Under the pieces are notes generated by a model, which searched no databases, was not told the DNA's origin, and was given only the letters and a program-made list of their open reading frames with translations. Source: Candidatus Heimdallarchaeota archaeon (lineage in GTDB: Archaea; Asgardarchaeota; Heimdallarchaeia; Heimdallarchaeales; Heimdallarchaeaceae). Taken from it: a DNA stretch of 20,711 nucleotides. The stretch spans positions 1 through 20,711 of the forward strand of contig DXJF01000118.1 in NCBI GenBank assembly GCA_019057375.1, written 5' to 3'. Shown piece by piece: positions 15,751 to 20,711 of the stretch. Within the stretch, counting starts at the first letter, position 1, and the number at the start of each line of letters is the position of its first letter. Both the position numbers and the translations under genes were made by a program.

Positions 15751-16717
15751 CTTTTGTAACGAGCCTTTCCCATTTTTCATCGATGGTATCTTGAATTTCA
15801 ATCAATTTATTCTTCCACTCTGGTTTGAATAAATGTCGGAATCTTCCTTGAGGTTTTAAGAAATCTTCAATTGGTAGCTTTCTATCTGGATTTTTAGCTA
15901 ATCTAGAAGAAATCCCAGTTAAAACCCAATCTTCTTTATATGTGTAAAATAATGGAAAGAAACAGGTTTTCACTGCTAATTTTGCAATTTCCATTGAAAT
16001 ATCAGGAGCATACCTTTGCCCTAGATTACAAGGTGAATCTACTAGCATGAAGGCAGGACCATCATGTTTCAGACCTGCTTGTACTTTAGCCATAAGATCT
16101 CTTGGGTAAGCTGGGCTTGCAGTAAAAGTTGGTATATCATGTGAAGCCATGATTTCAGCGAGAGGTTTTTGCCACACTATCTTACCAGGGATAACAGATC
16201 CAGGTGGACTAGTTGTGGTTGCAGCTCCTTGAGGAGTACCACTAGAACGTTGAATGCCGGTATTCATGTATGCGCCATTATTATAACATACGTAGAGGAA
16301 GTCATGACCCCGTTCTATTGCCCCAGAAAGGCTCTGGAGTCCAATATCATAAGTTCCACCATCGCCACCGAATACGATCATGTTGACGTTTCTCTCTCTC
16401 ATTAATCCTTTTCTTTGCATCGACTTCATAGCTTCTATTACTCCAGAAGCTGTTGCTGCAGCATTTTCGAATGCATTATGTAACCATGGTGCATCCCATG
16501 CTGTGTATGGATAAACTGTGGAAGCTACTTCTAAACAGCCTGTTGCATTTACAAACATGTATGGATCCCCCAAAGCTTTAGCAGCTAAGGTCACTTGTCT
16601 TGCCATAGAACCAGCCCCACACCCTGCACATAATCTGTGTCCAGATGTGAATACTTCACCAAGTTTTGACCATTCTTGCAAATCTTTTACAGATACTTTT
16701 GGTAACTCTATCGACAT
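15737..16717 (-). CDS. porB: Pyruvate/2-oxoacid:ferredoxin oxidoreductase beta subunit
   Basis: GHRLCAGCG, NATGCLEV, FENAAA, TPP-binding GGDGG...GLQSLSG...YNN.AYMNTGIQRS. Confidence 0.95.
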   Translation of the reverse strand: MSIELPKVSVKDLQEWSKLGEVFTSGHRLCAGCGAGSMARQVTLAAKALGDPYMFVNATGCLEVASTVYPYTAWDAPWLHNAFENAAATASGVIEAMKSMQRKGLMRERNVNMIVFGGDGGTYDIGLQSLSGAIERGHDFLYVCYNNGAYMNTGIQRSSGTPQGAATTTSPPGSVIPGKIVWQKPLAEIMASHDIPTFTASPAYPRDLMAKVQAGLKHDGPAFMLVDSPCNLGQRYAPDISMEIAKLAVKTCFFPLFYTYKEDWVLTGISSRLAKNPDRKLPIEDFLKPQGRFRHLFKPEWKNKLIEIQDTIDEKWERLVTKATCV

Positions 16718-16724
16718 ACTTTCA

Positions 16725-17912
16725 TCACTTCCTATATCCTACCCAATCAGTTGTTGAAGTCATTCCAATATTATTGTACTCTTTTGACATTTCGTAAACT
16801 TCTTCAATTTCCGGTAGAGTCAAAACTCTTCCCCCTAGACCATTTATGTATCCGTGGAGCGATGGAACATCTTCTTTTCCATACAAAGCTGATGCAATAT
16901 CAGTTTGTACTATGCTTCCTGGTGACCCAAATGTTGCAGATCTATCTAAGATAGTTGCAGCTTTTATTCCACTTAGTGCTTGAAATATGTCTAAAGATGG
17001 AAATGGTCTGAATAACCTAATTTTGAGAGCTCCTACTTTTTCTCCTTTTGCCCTTAAGCGATTAACAACAGCTTTAGCATTTCCTGCTGTAGCTCCATAT
17101 GAAACAAAAGCATAATCTGCATCTTCCAGTTGATATTTTTCTATTATTTCCATTTTCCTTCCTGACAATTCACTAAACTCTTGCATAGCATCTTTCGTTA
17201 CTTTGAAAGCGTTTTGCATTGCTTCTTCTTGTTGCCTTTTTATTTCCATATAATAATCTTGTAAAACTAATGATCCGAAGGTTTTATTTTCATCGGGACA
17301 AAATCTATCTCTTACTATTCTTGAAGCTGGAATAAAGTCTTCTACTTGTTGTTTGCTAAGAGTTTCAACTCTTTCTAATGCGTGTGTAACAATGAAACCT
17401 TCAATACCAAACATAGCTGGTAACATGACATCAGGATGTTCTGCTATTTTGAATGAGAGTATCGTTTCATCATATGCTTCTTGAGCTGATTCACCAAACA
17501 GAGAGACCCATGAAGCATCTCTACAAACGAGTTGGTCCGTGCACTCCCCATGTATATTTATGGGTGCTGAAAAAGCTCTATTCGCTACTGCTAGAACTAT
17601 CGGACATCTCATTCCTGATGCAACATACAATATTTCATACATCAGAGCAAGACCCGCTGATGCGGTTGCTGTAAACACTCTTGCACCTGTTAATGAGGCC
17701 CCTACACATGCTGACATCGCACTATGTTCTGATTCAACTGATATGAAACTTGTATCTACCTCGCCATTATTAACGAAATCACTGTATCTTTCGACAATTA
17801 TTGTTTGCGGAGTTATCGGATACGCTGCTACAACATCAGGATTTACAAGTTTAACTGCATGAGCTACAGCTTCATCTCCTGTCATTCCAACTACTTGTCT
17901 TACACCACTCAT
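16725..17912 (-). CDS. porA: Pyruvate/2-oxoacid:ferredoxin oxidoreductase alpha subunit
   Basis: AAYPITPQT, VESEHSAMS, TATASAGL and RLFRPFP; start reassigned to ATG 17912, giving an ATGA overlap with the porD stop. Confidence 0.95.
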   Translation of the reverse strand: MSGVRQVVGMTGDEAVAHAVKLVNPDVVAAYPITPQTIIVERYSDFVNNGEVDTSFISVESEHSAMSACVGASLTGARVFTATASAGLALMYEILYVASGMRCPIVLAVANRAFSAPINIHGECTDQLVCRDASWVSLFGESAQEAYDETILSFKIAEHPDVMLPAMFGIEGFIVTHALERVETLSKQQVEDFIPASRIVRDRFCPDENKTFGSLVLQDYYMEIKRQQEEAMQNAFKVTKDAMQEFSELSGRKMEIIEKYQLEDADYAFVSYGATAGNAKAVVNRLRAKGEKVGALKIRLFRPFPSLDIFQALSGIKAATILDRSATFGSPGSIVQTDIASALYGKEDVPSLHGYINGLGGRVLTLPEIEEVYEMSKEYNNIGMTSTTDWVGYRK

Positions 17913-18226
17913 CGTGTAACCCTCCTCATTTCGATAGCATCTGCTGGACAATGTTTACTACAAATTCCACAGCCCTTACAGAAAGCCATGTCACATTCAG
18001 CTTTTAAGTTATCATCCATAATTATTGCTGAATCTGGGCAATAGTAATAACAATTCATACAACTAATACATTTTTCTTTATCTATGATGGCTTTAAATGC
18101 AGACCAATCTCCAGTCTTATACGCATAAGCTGTATGATAAGGGACTGTTCCCCCCATTGGGAGTTGGGATGATCCCCATTTTTCTTTAGTCCATCTAGAA
18201 AATTCATCTGGAGCTTCTTTAGTCAT
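17909..18226 (-). CDS. porD: 2-oxoacid:ferredoxin oxidoreductase delta subunit (2x[4Fe-4S])
   Basis: TGDW, CISCMNCYYYCP and CKGCGICSKHCP; TAATG overlap with porG. Confidence 0.95.
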   Translation of the reverse strand: MTKEAPDEFSRWTKEKWGSSQLPMGGTVPYHTAYAYKTGDWSAFKAIIDKEKCISCMNCYYYCPDSAIIMDDNLKAECDMAFCKGCGICSKHCPADAIEMRRVTR

Positions 18227-18780
18227 TATTCCACCTCTTCAAATGCTCGTTTAATAGCAACAACATTTTTTTCACCCAAAACACCTTTAAATCTGTTTAG
18301 AGTAACCTTTGTTAAGCTCTCTATTTCTACTAATTTTGCAACTTTGATTAACGCTCCTAACATTACCAAATTAGGAACATTTCTCCCGATTTCCTCTGTT
18401 GCAATTATTGATCCTGCTACCTTGTAGATGTTTGCATGAACTCCCTCGAAATGTTTAACAAGTGTATCTTTTTCCCCATCATAATTCACTACAATTGTTC
18501 CCCCATCTCTTAATCCTTCAACTACAGGAACATCATCTAATAATGTTGGATCTATGACAACAACAATATGAGGTTCATAAACCTCAGTTTTTTCGTAAAA
18601 AGGTTCTGGTGAAATTCGAGCATAAGATGTTACTGGAGCTCCAGCTCTTTCTGGACCGAAATTTGGAAAAGCATGCACATATTGTCCTTCTAAGATAGCT
18701 GCTTCAGCTAGTAATCTGGATGCAGTAACCGCTCCTTGTCCACCTCGACCATTAATTCTTACATCAGTGATTTCAGCCAA
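18226..18780 (-). CDS. porG: 2-oxoacid:ferredoxin oxidoreductase gamma subunit
   Basis: GRGGQGAVTA, FPNFGPERAGAPV and PNLVMLGA; the likely start is TTG 18780, because the GTG at 18789 lies inside the GGGTGA RBS. Confidence 0.95.
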   Translation of the reverse strand: MAEITDVRINGRGGQGAVTASRLLAEAAILEGQYVHAFPNFGPERAGAPVTSYARISPEPFYEKTEVYEPHIVVVIDPTLLDDVPVVEGLRDGGTIVVNYDGEKDTLVKHFEGVHANIYKVAGSIIATEEIGRNVPNLVMLGALIKVAKLVEIESLTKVTLNRFKGVLGEKNVVAIKRAFEEVE

Positions 18781-18898
18781 AATTTTCACCCTTTAAACAA
18801 GAAATATATCTCCTATACTGTATGAAAAATACGTGCAAATTAAAGTTTATGATATGTATCCATTCGGTCAGTTTCATAAAACATCCATTGCTTTGACA

Positions 18899-18908
18899 TT
18901 TATATAAA
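18899..18908 (-). promoter_or_regulatory. Candidate TATA box for the por operon
   Basis: Self-complementary TTTATATAAA about 120 nt upstream of the porG start; it would imply a leader of about 95 nt. Confidence 0.3.
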
Positions 18909-19011
18909 GACTTTTTTGTTCTATTGACAAATAATAAAAATTATCAAATAAAAATAATTTCACAAAACAGAAGCCAACAAATCTTGGAAAGCATAAAAGA
19001 GGATGTTACAT

Positions 19012-19569
19012 TTACTCTTCTGCTTCAATTGATTTTTCAATCATCATATCTGTTAGGCGATAATATATGTCATCAATATTTTGACCAGATTTAGCAGAGA
19101 CCTCAAAGTAGGGAATTTCATGTAAATCATAAAACGCTCTCTTCTTCTCAGCATAGTCTAAAGCATCTTCTTTGCTAACTTGACGATCTTCTTCAATATC
19201 GGCTTTATTACCTATCAAAATAGCAGGAATGATCTCTTCGCAATTTGAATAGACTTCTTCAAACCATTTATCAAGATTGTCAAAAGATTCTTTGCTTGCA
19301 ATGTCAAAAACAACTAAAACGCCGTAACTCCCCTTATAGTAGAGTGGTCTAACATATGAAAATCGATCATGACTTCCAGTATCCCATGTTTGCAATTTTA
19401 CTTGTTTTCCTTGGACCTCAATATCTTTTACAGAAAATTCTACACCTATTGTTGGTAAGTATCTTTCTCTAAAAGTTCCTGTGGCAAACCTTAACGTAAT
19501 AGATGTTTTCCCCACTCCTGGAGATCCGACAATTATTGTCTTGAACAGATAGTCAAATAACACTGTCAT
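19012..19569 (-). CDS. Rab-like small GTPase (eukaryotic signature protein)
   Basis: FDYLFK N-terminus, G1 GSPGVGKT, G2/RabF1 PTIGVEF, RabF2 KLQTW, YYKGS, VVFDI, G4 NKAD and G5 SAK. G3 is atypical (DTGSH) and there is no C-terminal Cys. Confidence 0.93.
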   Translation of the reverse strand: MTVLFDYLFKTIIVGSPGVGKTSITLRFATGTFRERYLPTIGVEFSVKDIEVQGKQVKLQTWDTGSHDRFSYVRPLYYKGSYGVLVVFDIASKESFDNLDKWFEEVYSNCEEIIPAILIGNKADIEEDRQVSKEDALDYAEKKRAFYDLHEIPYFEVSAKSGQNIDDIYYRLTDMMIEKSIEAEE

Positions 19570-19670
19570 CACTGAATTAACACATAGAAGTTCTTACTTA
19601 AATCTACCGAAAGTTGTAGCTAGTAGTTTTTTTACAAAAGGTATTTAATAACCCGAATAGTCATTTTCTT

Positions 19671-20234
19671 GTGAGTTTAATCATTATTTTCGGTCCCCCT
19701 GCTTCAGGAAAAATGACTGTAGGAAGGAAACTTGCAGAGTTAACTGGTTTTAAGCTTCTCCATAATCACATCTCTATTGAATTATTCCTTCAATTCTTTG
19801 AATTTGATTCACCTCACTCTTCCAGATTAAATAGCGAATTTCGACGAAGAATAATGGAAGAAGTTGCTTTGAGTAATTTACCAGGACTAATTTTTACTTA
19901 TGTTTGGGCTGTAGATGATGAAAAAGATAAAGAAGTTGCTGACAAATACTGCGATATTTTCAGAGAACAAGGAAGAGAGATTTATTTTGTAGAGCTGTTC
20001 TGTGAATTAGAGGAAAGATTACGAAGAAATAGAACTATAGATAGATTAGCTGAAAAGCCATCTAAACAAGATTTTGAACAATCAGAGAAGAGATTACTTG
20101 AGATGGAAAAGAAGTATGTTATGAATACAATTGGAGATTTCTATTACAACGAAAATTATCTTAAAATAAACAATACTCATTTAGATGCTGAATTTGTTGC
20201 AAAAAAGATAAGAGATGAATTTCAATTGTTTTAG
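19671..20234 (+). CDS. P-loop nucleotide/shikimate-kinase-like AAA protein
   Basis: IIIFGPPASGKMTVG, HNHISIE, IFTYVW and VELFCELEERLRRN..RL..KPSK; GTG start. Confidence 0.8.
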   Translation: MSLIIIFGPPASGKMTVGRKLAELTGFKLLHNHISIELFLQFFEFDSPHSSRLNSEFRRRIMEEVALSNLPGLIFTYVWAVDDEKDKEVADKYCDIFREQGREIYFVELFCELEERLRRNRTIDRLAEKPSKQDFEQSEKRLLEMEKKYVMNTIGDFYYNENYLKINNTHLDAEFVAKKIRDEFQLF

Positions 20235-20711
20235 AACATCTCTTCTTCATCATAATAGGGTAGTATTTTTCCACTTATAAACTCGAATAAAATTGGTTCT
20301 CCAGCTAATTCAGGTTTACCTTTCACATTAATCACTCTAACCTCAGTAATTGGTCTATCAGCCTTAGTTCTTGATTTGGAAACTCTGATTGTAACATCGC
20401 AATTATGTTCAATCGCTCTTACTAGGAGGGGGTCATGAGCATCATAATGTAGAGTAAAGACGGTTACTGATCCTTCCTTTTTGTTTGCTGCCAACCTGTT
20501 TTGCAAGAAGGAAAAAATGACATTTTTACTTTCATCAGCTGCATAAATAATCGAAGATAAGGAAACAACTATTCCTCTTTTTAACACCTGTTGATTCTGT
20601 ACATGCAAAAACGATCTTCTTATAGTCTCGTTTATTTCTCTAGGTTTACCTAAATCATTAACTGCATATTCATGGCTAGTTTTGATATCTGTATAACCAA
20701 ATGGATTACTA
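20231..20711 (-). CDS. KaiC/RAD55 (RecA-fold)-like protein, C-terminal part, runs off the right edge
   Basis: The frame stays open from the window edge (SNPFGYTDIKTSHEYAVNDLGKPREINETIRRSFLHVQ...); GIVVSLSSII, VTVFTL, AIEHNCDVTIRV and VRVINVKG match the RAD55/KaiC C-terminal beta-strands. Confidence 0.7.
   Translation of the reverse strand, partial: SNPFGYTDIKTSHEYAVNDLGKPREINETIRRSFLHVQNQQVLKRGIVVSLSSIIYAADESKNVIFSFLQNRLAANKKEGSVTVFTLHYDAHDPLLVRAIEHNCDVTIRVSKSRTKADRPITEVRVINVKGKPELAGEPILFEFISGKILPYYDEEEMF

Noticed and set aside
4840-18044. Remaining short track ORFs nested in or antisense to long genes (4840, 5817, 7206, 8399, 8802, 9580, 10158, 11409, 11771, 14317, 14789, 16169, 16518, 16751, 17453, 17539, 17805)
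   Set aside because: All overlap well-supported genes in another frame or strand and show no motifs or RBS.
18845-18888. Weak repeats (AATGGAT x2; TTTATGA/TCATAAA) in the putative por leader
   Set aside because: Short, AT-rich and of uncertain transcription start; no recognisable riboswitch (e.g. TPP) consensus.
1-20711. CRISPR array, rRNA, transposase, integrase or prophage genes
   Set aside because: No regularly spaced repeats, no GC-rich structural RNA block and no DDE, tyrosine or serine recombinase motifs were seen in any ORF.

Overview
AT-rich (roughly 30% GC by eye), gene-dense archaeal window, most likely from an Asgard archaeon (Heimdallarchaeia-like). This rests on a Rab-like small GTPase, a four-subunit archaeal porGDAB operon, an archaeal deoxyhypusine synthase, GGTGA-type ribosome-binding sites and TATA-box promoters; the taxonomy is inference, not a database result. 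About 25 CDSs are present. The left part is accessory: a truncated membrane protein, small membrane and Zn-ribbon ORFs, DinB-like protein, membrane metal hydrolase, MFS, flavodoxin, His-phosphatase, membrane-anchored Ig+EEP phosphoesterase, divergent DUF47/PhoU-like protein and a metallophosphoesterase. The middle holds a Zn-finger/DHS/rhodanese run, an orphan Eco57I/TaqI-like m6A methyltransferase, and a divergent wHTH/GNAT pair bracketed by a 21-nt direct repeat. The right part holds a GT-C glycosyltransferase, porGDAB, the Rab-like GTPase, a nucleotide-kinase-like P-loop protein and a truncated KaiC/RAD55-like gene. No rRNA, tRNA, CRISPR array, transposase or integrase was found. The best leads are the Rab with a non-canonical G3 motif (WDTGSHD), the haloarchaeal-type DHS with altered polyamine-binding residues, the repeat-bounded wHTH-GNAT module beside the orphan MTase, and a possible phosphoester-scavenging cluster. 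None can be shown to be a new system from sequence alone.
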